From an uncultured virus (IMG/VR IMGVR_UViG_3300031758_000043) (lineage: Duplodnaviria; Heunggongvirae; Uroviricota; Caudoviricetes), in the IMG/VR virus record IMGVR_UViG_3300031758_000043, positions 1 to 64,000 of that record: a stretch of DNA of 64,000 bases. The stretch is one strand, 5' to 3'. Positions 1-11,300 of the stretch are shown in pieces (the first letter of the stretch is position 1; every line of letters starts with the position of its first letter). The notes below the pieces were generated by a model that saw only the letters and a list, made by a program, of their open reading frames with translations, was not told the DNA's origin and ran no database searches. The translations under genes and the position numbers were made by a program.

Positions 1-1645
1 AGTTGTTAGCTATGGTGATCAAATCATGTTTACCGTTTGAGTCTACTCTAGTTCCGTTTGGGTGGTATATCCTAAACTCATCATAATTTGTGAGAGTTGA
101 ATTTATCTTGATCCCAATGTGAGAATAGCCAGGAACCTTTGTTGACTCTCCTTGGTCCTGTAAGAAAAGAATCCTGCTTTGTCCAAAAAAGAGGCCAAGG
201 TCTATTTTTTTATTAGAGAATCTAAATTGCCCAGTATTCAATTCTTTGACTGATGTGCTAGTAGAAGTCAACGGGTCCACTATGTTGAATGAACTAATAT
301 ATGAAAACTGATCATCATTCAACTTAACAACCAGGAATTCACCTGAATAGCCCGAGTCTGGACTAACAATAGTTATTAGATCGTCAGTCTCATACCCGTG
401 AGAGGTTAGAGAGGCAGTAACCAGGTTACCTGATCTAATAAGCTCAGTTAATCTAGGCGAGGAATAGTCTGGAGTGTACGGATCTGTTAATTTAGGTAGA
501 TAAAGCTTACCGTCCTTATCATTAATATAGGTCAAGTACATTGAATCAAGATCAGAGAATAAATCATTGAATTCTGAGATCTTAAGTTCCAAGTTCTTAT
601 ATGGAATTATTACACCGTCTGGGTTTTCTTGATAGACAGATACCTCATCTGTCTCAAGATAAGTCTTACGAAGCCTAGGAGTATTTTCCCAAGTAAGACG
701 AGTATCGTAACCTCTCTTTAAGTCAATGTCCAGCTTTGATAGCTCAATGGTATTGACGTAAAATCCTACGTATCTATTGAAATCATATTTTTCAGAAGAA
801 TCATCATTAAAGACGAATTCAAGGTTTAGGATGTTCGGAAAGATCACGCCGGTCCTAGAATAGCCATTCGTTATGTTTTCTTCAAAGAATTTTAGAGGAG
901 ATGATGTCCTATAAAAATCATAGAGTAATTCTCCCTTAGATCCAAATGATCCCTCGTTTATTATTATTCCGTTCCACGTAGTAAAATCGTCTTGACCAAA
1001 TGCCACACTGAGCGGGCTTGTAGGAAAATTGATGTCAGTTACGTAATCTCTAATATATTTCCCAGCCTTAGTTTCAGGACGTAAATCAAAGGTTTTAATT
1101 ATCGTTGACTTCTTGAATAGGTCCAGCATGTATTCTCCATTGCTCTGACCTGATTCATAATTCTGACGGATATCATCAAGAGGAAAGTTCGCAGGATCGT
1201 TTATCTTTAAGATCACGAAAAAATTAGGTATCTTATCCCTAAGATATAAGGGAGCTAGATATGAAAGCCTCTCAGTATATTTCTTAGATGCAAGATATTT
1301 TGCTCCACTAAAATAGTGAGAAAAATCAAATTGGTCCTTGAAATTCTTTGAAGTTTTTGTCGTGTCTACGTTTTCAGAAAGATCAAAGATTATTTCGTTA
1401 GGCGTAGTTCCTCCCTTGAAGAAACGAAAGATGTTTAATGGGTGAGAGATGTTAGAATCAATAGGAAACTTTGAATATGAATCCTTTGATAGCTCTTGAT
1501 TTGCTTTTATTGATTCTAACCATAATTCACCAGCCTCGTCTATCGCTATCTTTATGTTTCCTGTTAATTTTGGATTAGTCCTAACTAATCCAAAGCTAGA
1601 GTCATCAGTTAAAAGCTTAGTATAGAGTAAATTGCGATCTCTCAT
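1..1645 (-). CDS. Large putative virion structural protein, partial (runs off the window start)
   Basis: Not in the ORF track. Read manually from ATG at 1645 (MRDRNLLYTKLLTDDSSFGLVRTNPKLTGNIK...) and open to the window edge; co-oriented with the adjacent large late genes. Confidence 0.75.
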   Translation of the reverse strand, partial: MRDRNLLYTKLLTDDSSFGLVRTNPKLTGNIKIAIDEAGELWLESIKANQELSKDSYSKFPIDSNISHPLNIFRFFKGGTTPNEIIFDLSENVDTTKTSKNFKDQFDFSHYFSGAKYLASKKYTERLSYLAPLYLRDKIPNFFVILKINDPANFPLDDIRQNYESGQSNGEYMLDLFKKSTIIKTFDLRPETKAGKYIRDYVTDINFPTSPLSVAFGQDDFTTWNGIIINEGSFGSKGELLYDFYRTSSPLKFFEENITNGYSRTGVIFPNILNLEFVFNDDSSEKYDFNRYVGFYVNTIELSKLDIDLKRGYDTRLTWENTPRLRKTYLETDEVSVYQENPDGVIIPYKNLELKISEFNDLFSDLDSMYLTYINDKDGKLYLPKLTDPYTPDYSSPRLTELIRSGNLVTASLTSHGYETDDLITIVSPDSGYSGEFLVVKLNDDQFSYISSFNIVDPLTSTSTSVKELNTGQFRFSNKKIDLGLFFGQSRILFLQDQGESTKVPGYSHIGIKINSTLTNYDEFRIYHPNGTRVDSNGKHDLITIANN

Positions 1646-1663
1646 GAATCATGTAAATTTTTA

Positions 1664-4600
1664 TTAGAAGCTAGATCGAACTCCTCTACTTTGAACTAAT
1701 GGCGAGTCTAATGATGTCTCTTTGATGTATTGAGCATCCACCTTAAGGTCAAAGGAAAAAGGAGACTCATCTTTAATGATGATGTCGATTCCAATCTTCT
1801 TAGAATATTTTATATTAGTTAAAGTAGATGTGGTTCTATATCCACCAACATATCCTAACTTGTCCGACGCTCTAAACTGAAAGAGCACAGGAATGTTTAT
1901 TGAGTTTTCTTCGCCAAACTTGATGATTTTACTTGATCTTGCTGGAAAATTACCCTCAACTGATACTGATTCATAGTTTGTAGGATACATGTAAAGATAT
2001 GCTCCACATGTATACTTTCCTACCAAGTACTTATCATTGTTTTTAAATCCTAGTTTGATTGGATAATGAGAATCGTCTTTATCTGTTACGTTATTTGTAG
2101 GAATGACTGGTGTTGTTCTACTTGCTTGCTTGTAATATTCTACACCAAAGGCATTTGTATTCTCTGAAGTAGAGGTCTCAAAGTGTAGTGCATGAGAAAA
2201 AGGTAAGTATTCCTGGTTAGCGGTTAATGGAATTGCTAAACTCGATCCAAAATCAGGTCTAAACACTTCTGCAATATTACCTATCGCAAAAGAGGGTCCA
2301 CACAATGTTGGAATCTCAGGATGATCTTTACTTACGCAAAACTCAGTAAGATATCCACCGCCGTTTGCTGTGACCGGAATCGCACTAGTCGTTCCATTCC
2401 AAATTCTAGAGTCAGTAGATGTTCCTGTTACACCAGAATATTGTGGATTGAATGGAAGGTAGTGTCCCCAGTTAACCGGCACAAAGTTAGTAGTGTTAAC
2501 TGTTTGTCCCTGATAAGTATAGGCAGCTGTAAAATAAGTACCAAAACCAGTCGAAGGATCGCCTGGAGAATATACTTCTTCAGAAAGTCCATAGTCTCTT
2601 ACTCTTGAATGAATAAACTGACTCATTACCTGACCTGATTGAGCGCCTGCTCTCTGCTTAAAGTTTCCTAGTTGAGGAGTCGGATTTGAGTTTACTCCGA
2701 TAGGAACGATATCGTATCTTCTATTGACATGATAGTCATTGTCTGGGTTACCGCTTGGGTTAGACGTAGTCGAAAGTTGGCCTATTCCTCCAAAGAGAAG
2801 AGAAACTAGTTCTAAGTTAGTAGCAGAAGTGTTTTGTATTGAAACTGCGTACTGTTTAGTAATTATATCTCCCTCATTGTAAATCACAGTCCCACCGGTC
2901 GTGTCCTTAATTAAGTCTTTATAGAATCCTCCAAATAGAGATATTGTATCTCCATTAGAAACGTCTAAGGAGTTTCCTTCAGAATCTATCACCCGAACCT
3001 TTATTGCTCCACGATCAGTAGTGATAGACTGTTGAATTCCATCCAGCGTTGCCTGTAGAGACTTTAGCTTTTGATATAGATCAACGACATTTCCTTCACT
3101 TGTGAAAAAGCCGCTTGATATGTCTTCTGCAATGTGAGAATAAAACTTATCTCCCTGAGTAAATTGATTTGCAGTATGAATATCAAGACCCTTAGAATTC
3201 AAATTATTTTCAAAGTCTATCCTAACCTTTTCAGCAAAAGCTTTTTGTGAGACTAACGTAGCCTCTTCTTCAGATTGAATTGAAGCTGGAAACTGTATTT
3301 GAACTGAATTTGACCATACTGATTCCACTGGATTAGTCGGCCATCCTGCCTCAGAAAGAGACTTTACTTGGATCTCAACTATCTCTCCTTTACGAATAGG
3401 TATGCTTAACTGATTTGTGTTTACTGCGTCTGCGTCATTTAAGATCTCATCTACCCAAACATATAAACCTGTTTCAGGATCCAACTCTTTTACTCGAGGT
3501 CTAGTAAGTTCCTCTGTCCATGGAGAAAAAGTAGCAGTCTTGGTAGCTCCATCGCTATCAATGAATGGCTGCTGAGTAGCATTAGGTTGAGTGCCGCTTA
3601 GACTTAAGTAACGATATCTATACTTGAATTGAACGACTTGTTGAGGTCCATACTTTGTGACCTTTGCGTCTGGAATCTGCCAAAATCCTCGAACTCTATA
3701 TTTTTTCTTTACGATAAATTGAGGAGTCGTTGAAAGTTGTAAACTAATATTATTAACTAGTGTAGAAAGAGCGGTGACTTTTTCATTCCTAGAATTTAGT
3801 GACTGAGTTAACTGTTTTTGTAAACGCTTGGCTTCCTTGTCAGTTTTAGCAACTGTTGTGATGGTTGATTTAATTGAATCAATTTTCTTATTTAATTCAT
3901 CAACTTCTTGCTGTAAAGCCGCTTTTTCTTTTATGTTGTTATTTAACTCTGTGACGTTTTTATCATCTTGAATGTGAGCATCTACCTGTATTACTGAGAA
4001 ATTACTCTCAAATAAGTTTGGAGAAGAAGGAATCTCACCAATGATCGTAGGAACAGTTTTTTCCTTAGCTAAGTTCAATAGAATCAGTCCAAAGTCAGAA
4101 ACAAAATTATTGTAATAGTCCTCTAAAGTAGATGAGCTATTGTCTACTAACGGAATTGTAAGCTCGTTTGTGTATACTCCAAAACCTTTTGAAAAGCCAT
4201 CAATCGTTAAGTTCTTTGCTTTACTTACTGGCTTTACAAATATCACCTCACGTTCGTTGAATCCAACGTTTACTGGAAGCTCAGGAACCCTATATGGAGA
4301 AGGTTTTACTCGTAAAATGCTTGCACCTATCGTGATCGCGTCTGTTCCAAAGATCTTTTCAAGAACGACTTCAGTATCAGTAGTGCTGATTGATGCGACT
4401 CTATATTCAGAATCACCAGTGGTGATTAGTACATCACCAATTGATAGAAACTTTGTGTTTTGTACTCCAGCGACGATATCAGTATAGTTTAGAGTACTAA
4501 GCTTATATCTTCTTCTTACTGTAGAAACAGTCTGTCCACTAGTAAGAGTCTGATTTCCCTCTTCCTCAAGTATCTTTATCACATCGAATGATCCTTGATA

Positions 4601-5242
4601 TCTATTGACTGCTACCGCTAGGTCAACAACAGTATCATCCTCAAAATAATCGATTGCATTTTCATCTAAATCTAGCTTTAACGCATCGACATTGATGTTG
4701 TTACTTCCTTTGTAATTAGTATCAAAGAAAGCAGCTGCATCATCATCATTTGCTGCGTTGATTATGATTCTTTTGACTACGAATTGATCGATATCATCAG
4801 TTAAGATTGAAGTGATATCTACATTCACATAGAGAAGAGGATTCAGGAAAGATTCAAAGAACCAGTTGTTCTTTACTTTAAATGAGTTAGGAACGGTGAA
4901 CGTTGAATTTTGAACCTGCTCTAGGTCTTGTATCAGCTGTGAAGTCTTTTTTAATTCAAACTTACGAACGTCTCCGTTTGAAGACTTGATACCGATCACA
5001 TCACTGTTTGCTGAGATTAAGACATCAAACTTAGAGTTAATGTCTTCGATCTTTCCTTTTAGGTAGCCAAATGATGGAACAGTTATATTCACAGCACTGC
5101 CGTCTGACTTAGTTTGAGAGACCGTTACGTTTTCTGATTGTGACTCAAGGATGTTCTGTAAGCTATACAAGAATGAGTTCATGTTGTCGATGTCAACAAC
5201 AAGTCTCTGTAAAACGTCAGATAGAGTATGTTTAGTATCCAT
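1664..5242 (-). CDS. Large putative virion (baseplate/tail) protein with central coiled coil
   Basis: 1192 aa, beta-rich, with a heptad segment (ELNNNIKEKAALQQEVDELNKKIDSIK); lies in the late minus-strand block. Confidence 0.6.
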   Translation of the reverse strand: MDTKHTLSDVLQRLVVDIDNMNSFLYSLQNILESQSENVTVSQTKSDGSAVNITVPSFGYLKGKIEDINSKFDVLISANSDVIGIKSSNGDVRKFELKKTSQLIQDLEQVQNSTFTVPNSFKVKNNWFFESFLNPLLYVNVDITSILTDDIDQFVVKRIIINAANDDDAAAFFDTNYKGSNNINVDALKLDLDENAIDYFEDDTVVDLAVAVNRYQGSFDVIKILEEEGNQTLTSGQTVSTVRRRYKLSTLNYTDIVAGVQNTKFLSIGDVLITTGDSEYRVASISTTDTEVVLEKIFGTDAITIGASILRVKPSPYRVPELPVNVGFNEREVIFVKPVSKAKNLTIDGFSKGFGVYTNELTIPLVDNSSSTLEDYYNNFVSDFGLILLNLAKEKTVPTIIGEIPSSPNLFESNFSVIQVDAHIQDDKNVTELNNNIKEKAALQQEVDELNKKIDSIKSTITTVAKTDKEAKRLQKQLTQSLNSRNEKVTALSTLVNNISLQLSTTPQFIVKKKYRVRGFWQIPDAKVTKYGPQQVVQFKYRYRYLSLSGTQPNATQQPFIDSDGATKTATFSPWTEELTRPRVKELDPETGLYVWVDEILNDADAVNTNQLSIPIRKGEIVEIQVKSLSEAGWPTNPVESVWSNSVQIQFPASIQSEEEATLVSQKAFAEKVRIDFENNLNSKGLDIHTANQFTQGDKFYSHIAEDISSGFFTSEGNVVDLYQKLKSLQATLDGIQQSITTDRGAIKVRVIDSEGNSLDVSNGDTISLFGGFYKDLIKDTTGGTVIYNEGDIITKQYAVSIQNTSATNLELVSLLFGGIGQLSTTSNPSGNPDNDYHVNRRYDIVPIGVNSNPTPQLGNFKQRAGAQSGQVMSQFIHSRVRDYGLSEEVYSPGDPSTGFGTYFTAAYTYQGQTVNTTNFVPVNWGHYLPFNPQYSGVTGTSTDSRIWNGTTSAIPVTANGGGYLTEFCVSKDHPEIPTLCGPSFAIGNIAEVFRPDFGSSLAIPLTANQEYLPFSHALHFETSTSENTNAFGVEYYKQASRTTPVIPTNNVTDKDDSHYPIKLGFKNNDKYLVGKYTCGAYLYMYPTNYESVSVEGNFPARSSKIIKFGEENSINIPVLFQFRASDKLGYVGGYRTTSTLTNIKYSKKIGIDIIIKDESPFSFDLKVDAQYIKETSLDSPLVQSRGVRSSF

Positions 5243-5250
5243 TTATCTTC

Positions 5251-7353
5251 TTATCTTATTTTGTCCACTCTAAAGGTGAATAGTGTGCTGTCCAAACAGA
5301 TTATGTCAAAAATAGGGGCATTTTGAGAAGGGGTGAAATCAAGATCAGTAAGGACTGATATTAGGACACCATATTCTCCGTTATTGCTCCTATTTAGAGC
5401 ATCTGTGTATATCTTAACGTCATAGACGCTAGGTTCTAATTGATCTTCAAAGACTAGTCTTAATATCTGACCTTTTCTCCATTCAAACTTAGTATCGTCT
5501 ATGAATATCTGAAGATCTCTTGAAAGAACTATCGGCGTTCCTGAGTTCTGATGAACATAATAGTTCGTGAAAGTAGATAACTCAAGAACATTGTTTGTGA
5601 ACACGTTTCTCAATGAGGTATCAGATATGTTATAGTATTGTGTCGAATTGATTATTCTAGCAATATTTGGAGTTCGACGGTCGACTGATATGCCCAATCC
5701 TGGTCGAATTGCATCTAGATCATATGACACAGTAACATTAGTGTCTCCATTTAAGATAGAATCAAGCTTAGTATTAGTATTGTCTATCATGTTCATGATC
5801 ACACCAGTGTTATCAAATATCGCTTGATTTTCGATTAATGAAGTCTCCAAATCAGTTATCCTAGCTGAAAGTTCAGCTGAATTAGTATCATTGAGCATGA
5901 GATCTTTAAGATTATTGACCTCCTGTTGTAATGACTCTATCTCTAAGAGCTTGTCGTTAAATCTAGTCTGTAACTGTTTAAACTCAGTCAAAACATCAGT
6001 GAATAGCTCTAGAGAAAAGGTAGAGTAATCGTTTATTGACTTCTCTATCTTAGTATCCTCAGCCGACGTGTCAAGCTTGAGATTTAACTTAAATGAAAAG
6101 GCATTACCGTTTGTCTTATTTAGAGGGTCCGGTTTGTACTTAGAAATAGGCGGAATCTCAAATTCTAATCCAGACTGTTGTATTCTATCTAAGAATAGTA
6201 CACCATATAGGTTGGTTCGTATGTCTATTGGAACCCCTGAAGCATCTACGTTATTTGGATCGTATACATCATAGTACACTAAGATCGCATTGAATTCAAA
6301 GTCACGATTTGCTACGTAATCATTGAATTGTGAAAATACTTTTATCTCAGGATTTTCACTGGCTAGTTTGTAATTAGCTAAATCAAAGTCTAGAGATATT
6401 CCGTCTAATGTGGTTCTAGGATATTCGACGGATGTTATTCCTAACTGTTTTAGAACGTATTGATCAGTCGCAACATCGTATACACCAGTGTTATTGTAAT
6501 TATCTGTGTAGTAGGCGTTATTGATCGTCTTATTGAACCAATTACCTGGAGCGTATGCACCAGTATATGAATTTTTAATTTGAGTAAACACGCTCTGATC
6601 GTCAAGATCGTAAAAGGCCTTTATTGAAAGCCCAAATGGGTGAGTCTCATTGTATCTTCTTCCAGAGAGATACTCAATGTTTAGAGGATCAATTGGAGAA
6701 TTAGCAATCGTCATGTTTGGAAAGTAATTGAAATCACTAACTGATTTAAACAGGACGTGAGGCGTTGTACCAACATTCGTTGGCACGTGAATATAGACCT
6801 CAGTGTAAGAGTTGGCAGCCGATGCTAGTGAGTTAACAACGTCAATGTCCCCGATGTATTTTACTACACGGTTATAGGTAGAAGTCGTCTCAGGTTTTTC
6901 AACGAATCTCTTCTCTGTTCCAAGAACATTTATGTTCTTTTCTAAGGTATTTGCATCTTGAAAGCGAACTGCTCCTAATTCTTTTAACCACTTCCAAAAG
7001 ACTCTTTCAGAAACAGTCAGTCTCTCGTTTCTTTTGTATTGTGGCCTACTTAATAATAATGCCTCAAGGTTAAGGGCATAGTTTTGAAAACTCTCAGCTA
7101 AGTTAACGTTATTATCGGGATTTAATCCCTCAATCAGTGGAGTTTCTCCTGGGGCAGCAAACTGTATCTTGTTGTCAGTCGCTAGAGAATTTGGTTCGCC
7201 GATCTCAGGTATTCTTAATAGGGCAAACTTGGAAAAACGTACAGCACCCTCACTGTTACTTAAGGTGATATTAATATCCTCAAGCGCGCTTTGAAAGTTG
7301 TAAAATATTCCCTTTTTATTCTGAACTGGCTTTATTAAAGGAGTTACTGCCAT
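5251..7353 (-). CDS. Putative virion structural protein
   Basis: 700 aa with a coiled coil near the C-terminus; tightly packed in the late operon. Confidence 0.55.
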   Translation of the reverse strand: MAVTPLIKPVQNKKGIFYNFQSALEDINITLSNSEGAVRFSKFALLRIPEIGEPNSLATDNKIQFAAPGETPLIEGLNPDNNVNLAESFQNYALNLEALLLSRPQYKRNERLTVSERVFWKWLKELGAVRFQDANTLEKNINVLGTEKRFVEKPETTSTYNRVVKYIGDIDVVNSLASAANSYTEVYIHVPTNVGTTPHVLFKSVSDFNYFPNMTIANSPIDPLNIEYLSGRRYNETHPFGLSIKAFYDLDDQSVFTQIKNSYTGAYAPGNWFNKTINNAYYTDNYNNTGVYDVATDQYVLKQLGITSVEYPRTTLDGISLDFDLANYKLASENPEIKVFSQFNDYVANRDFEFNAILVYYDVYDPNNVDASGVPIDIRTNLYGVLFLDRIQQSGLEFEIPPISKYKPDPLNKTNGNAFSFKLNLKLDTSAEDTKIEKSINDYSTFSLELFTDVLTEFKQLQTRFNDKLLEIESLQQEVNNLKDLMLNDTNSAELSARITDLETSLIENQAIFDNTGVIMNMIDNTNTKLDSILNGDTNVTVSYDLDAIRPGLGISVDRRTPNIARIINSTQYYNISDTSLRNVFTNNVLELSTFTNYYVHQNSGTPIVLSRDLQIFIDDTKFEWRKGQILRLVFEDQLEPSVYDVKIYTDALNRSNNGEYGVLISVLTDLDFTPSQNAPIFDIICLDSTLFTFRVDKIR

Positions 7354-7372
7354 TTACTTTTTTTTATTTTTA

Positions 7373-8329
7373 TTAGAATTGCTCCATTCCTACCGCGCCG
7401 GTGATCAAGAGACGATCGTTTGTTAATTCATCTAGGATATAAAGCAGTGAAGCATTACTTCCATACGCAGATAAAGTGGTATTAGGAATCACTGTACTTG
7501 CAGGATTTACTCCCAATGAGAAGCTTCCATCATGTAAGATGATTGGAGAGCTAGTATTTTGATTCGTTCCAGCCTTTATGTAAACCGGTAAGGATGCACC
7601 GTTTACTGCGGTAAGGATTGATGTGAGGTTAACGTCCTCAACAACATCGACGATGTGAATAGTATACCTAGCATTTGGTGCTGGTGGGTTAGTCGCATCG
7701 AAATCAATATAGAGCGCGATATTAGTGATTGTTCCAATGATGTTACCAACTCCATCGTATACTGGAGGTATGTTCGGTGAAGTCACCGCTTTCAACTTAA
7801 CAAATATGTTCTGTCTAGAAGTATTAGTTAATGTGATTGTCGCTTTAGCTTCGGAACCATTTGCAGCAAGGTCCAATACAACAGATTCTTTTGATTCAAT
7901 CACGCTTGACTTAAAGTTCACAGTTGAATTAAACTCAGATGGGCCGTTAAATGATGAAGCGTCTGTCACTATCATGTCGTTAACGTTCAACTCATTTAAG
8001 CTAGTTATCGCATTAACATTAAGCAAGTCAACAGTAAAGATAGATTCGTTTAGACCGTTTTTTTCCAATTTTGCGATAATTTGGTTTGGAGTACCGGTCT
8101 GATAGATGATTCCCTGATCCTGTAGAATGACTGATTGCGTCTTGATAAAATTTATCGCGTTATCAGTTCCTATTGAGAGAGAATTCACGTCTATCTCCAA
8201 GTTATTGATAAGATCCTCTAATTTAGCCTGTAGAAGTAGGTCATTTGCGTTACTGATGGTTGCGATGTCCGTCACAAAATTAGTAAGCAAGATCTCTTGG
8301 ATCGGTAAAGAAACTGGTGTAAATGCCAT
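7373..8329 (-). CDS. Putative virion structural protein
   Basis: 318 aa, Asn/Thr/Ile-rich; preceded by the ATAAATAA late-promoter-like motif. Confidence 0.55.
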   Translation of the reverse strand: MAFTPVSLPIQEILLTNFVTDIATISNANDLLLQAKLEDLINNLEIDVNSLSIGTDNAINFIKTQSVILQDQGIIYQTGTPNQIIAKLEKNGLNESIFTVDLLNVNAITSLNELNVNDMIVTDASSFNGPSEFNSTVNFKSSVIESKESVVLDLAANGSEAKATITLTNTSRQNIFVKLKAVTSPNIPPVYDGVGNIIGTITNIALYIDFDATNPPAPNARYTIHIVDVVEDVNLTSILTAVNGASLPVYIKAGTNQNTSSPIILHDGSFSLGVNPASTVIPNTTLSAYGSNASLLYILDELTNDRLLITGAVGMEQF

Positions 8330-8358
8330 TTCAATTAATTATTTTTAGTTATTTATTA

Positions 8359-11300
8359 TTAGTAAGGCTTGTTCTTTAATAATTGAACTTTCCTTTCGTT
8401 TAATCTTGTTTCTATCTCATTCACGTAACTAGTCTTATTCAAGACTCTAATAAAGTTTTGTACTACAGTCTCGTATTTTGTTTTACGATTGTCGTACACT
8501 TCAACGCTTAATGTAAAATTACCTAAGTCTTTGAACTTCCAAACAAAGAATGGAACTGATCTTACTTTTATTACTTCTTCGCCTGTGATGTCATTTTTTA
8601 AGGTCCATACGAAATCGGATTTTCCGTCTAAGTTATTCACAACAAAGAAGCATATGGCATTCTTAGGAGCAGCAAAGGTGCCGTTAAAAAGTTTTATGTC
8701 GGTTATGTTAAAGACATTTTGGTCTATTGTGGTAGGCAAGTATCCTATCTGCTCATCGTTTACATATTTCCAATATTTCTCGTCCCTCCAAAAGACTGGA
8801 TCCTGTACTGCTCCATTGATCACGTCGCTAGTTTTAGCAAATAGGAATAGGGTTTCCACATCAAAGACTGGTGAGATGGATTGTAAAAAGCTTATTAACG
8901 ACGCTGAGAATACCTTTTTAGGTAGGAAAAAGGTGTACTCATCGTTTTTTCCACCAGCTCCATTACCTCCGCCTCCTGGGCTTGGGCTAAATCCTGGGCT
9001 TGGGCTAAACTGTCCTGGAGAATAGAGCATGTGATACATGATACGGCTTAAGTATTCTGCCTGTGCATGAATGCGACCGTTTATGATCTCATAATTGAAT
9101 AATCTGATGGCTGGATGATTGCTCTCATTGAGTATCGTGATTAGCTCATCAACGGTTGAATAGTTTGGAACAACGTAATCTGAATAAAGAGAGATCTTTA
9201 TTATGCTTCCTGGAGGTGGAACTTTGATGTAAAATCCTGCGTTAAAATCATCAACATAAACTAGATCAGTAAGTCGCATCCAATACATGTCACCGACTCT
9301 AACGTCTCTAAAATCCTTTAGTGTTATGGGTATGTCGTTTTCACCTAATCCCCAAGAAAGCTTTTCTGGATGGGATTGTGCTGGATCTAGGTATGGAACG
9401 AATTGACCTGTGTCTGAATTATATAGCTCTGCCAGATAAAGGTTTTGTCCCAATCCATAGCTATTCTTGTAGAATGAGATCCACTCTAATAGGTTCTTGT
9501 AAACGTTGATCTCCACTGCAGAGTCCTCATTATTGAGAACATTGACCTTTGGATAGTAAATCGGCGATGCTCCAAAATCCTGTAATCTAACGTTACTTAG
9601 GTTTTGTACACTGTACTCAAACTTGTCCTCAAGTCTAGAAAACGCGATGATTTCAGGTTTCATCTGGTCGGAAACAGTCACAAACTTTGAGAATGTGCTC
9701 ACGTTGCCGCAAAAGTCAAAGAGCTCAATGATGACTCTATACTCTCCAGCATAGGGTAAAAAATGAGGTAATATATGCAGGTCAACAAGCTTACCCCTAT
9801 ACTCAAAGTTATAGGGATTTGGAGAGGCTTTTACTATTCTCCAGTTTATCTCATAATAGTTCTTAAAATCTATGTTCTCTAGGGTCCAATATGGATCCAG
9901 TCCAGGAGCGATTGCATCTAGATCGTCTATTCTTACTCCTCGAAGATCGGCTATTGTGAATCGACCAACATCTGCGGTAAGAACCACTGGGGCACCTATC
10001 ACCCTTTGAGGATCGTCACCAAACTCCCAACTTAACCTAGCGTTAAGATCTGGAATTCTTTGGTCACGAATCTCAACATAATATTTTTCTATATAGTCAA
10101 CTATTCCTGGTATCTCTTCCCTAGTGTAAAATTGAAAGGATTCAAATGGATTTTTGCTTGACTCATTGAGTTGAACCACTCCAAAGTCTATTCCATTAGG
10201 CTCGGCCGTTCTGTACAGAGGATCTAGTGATCTTAAAACAAGGTTAGTATCGTTCCCAGGATATAGTGTCACCTTGGCAGGCTCATTGATATCGTAATCT
10301 CTGATCTTAGTAGAATCGCTCCAATAATTGATCGTTAGTTTTTGAAAGTAGATGAACTCCCCTATGATGTCCCTGATCTTTACGTTGATTGGAATGAATT
10401 CATTCTTTAGTTTCTTGCGAAGCAGATCCAACTTATAGAAGATCTCATTAACACTAAAGTCAGTGGTCTCCTGTACGAGAGGAATCCCATCATCGTCAAA
10501 CTCGTCAGTCATTTGAGTAAACTCATAAACTAATGCTAAGAACTCTGTCTTTTTAAACTGACTCCCTTCCTTTAATCCTCTATTTGCATCGACTAGATCT
10601 AGAGTGTCGATCTTGCCGTCATCTAAGTAATCGGTGAGATCCACCATAGTAAGAGTATTAAAGTATGGAGACCTGGGATTTGAATTTATCCAATATTCCT
10701 TTACTCGAAGAACGTCTTTGTATCCAAGAAGATTCACGATATTTGCGAGTCCCCTGTAAGTACCGATGTATGGAAAAACTTCTTCCTTGTTTACTAATAG
10801 GTTCTTTCTTGCGGCATTCAACGCCTCAAGGTCTGGATATGCCTCCTTGATGTCGTAGTCCTTAAGCACGTTTGCGTCCTCGCGTAGGAACTTGATTCCA
10901 AAGTTCTGACACCATACCTTAAATCGATCTTCTTCCTCCTCGCCTTCACCATAGAAGGATATCTCAACTATGAGTTCAGTCACCGCTCCTATCTTTCTAT
11001 GTACAAGCAAGGTCCTTTCGTACCTAGCTTCAGTGTAGGGATTAAATGCGATGTTTGCCTGTAAAGGAAACCTTAAGTCTAGCGGAGAAGAGAGATTTGA
11101 GTAGTCTGAGTGAGCGAATGTCTTGGTCTCTATCTTATTGATAAAGTTTTCCTGTAGTTCTAAATCCCTAATCACATCATAGAGAAAGAACTCATCTGAG
11201 TTTTTAGAATCCTTCCATGAAAATATCAGTGACTCGTTTTGAACTAGAGTCGGAAACTTATAAGCATTACCAACTTTCTCAAGAATAAAGAGGTTCTCAT

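Noticed and set aside
2321..10850. Plus-strand ORFs antisense to the large structural genes (and similar shadow ORFs elsewhere)
   Set aside because: They are fully nested opposite long genes and have no recognisable motifs, consistent with codon-bias shadows.
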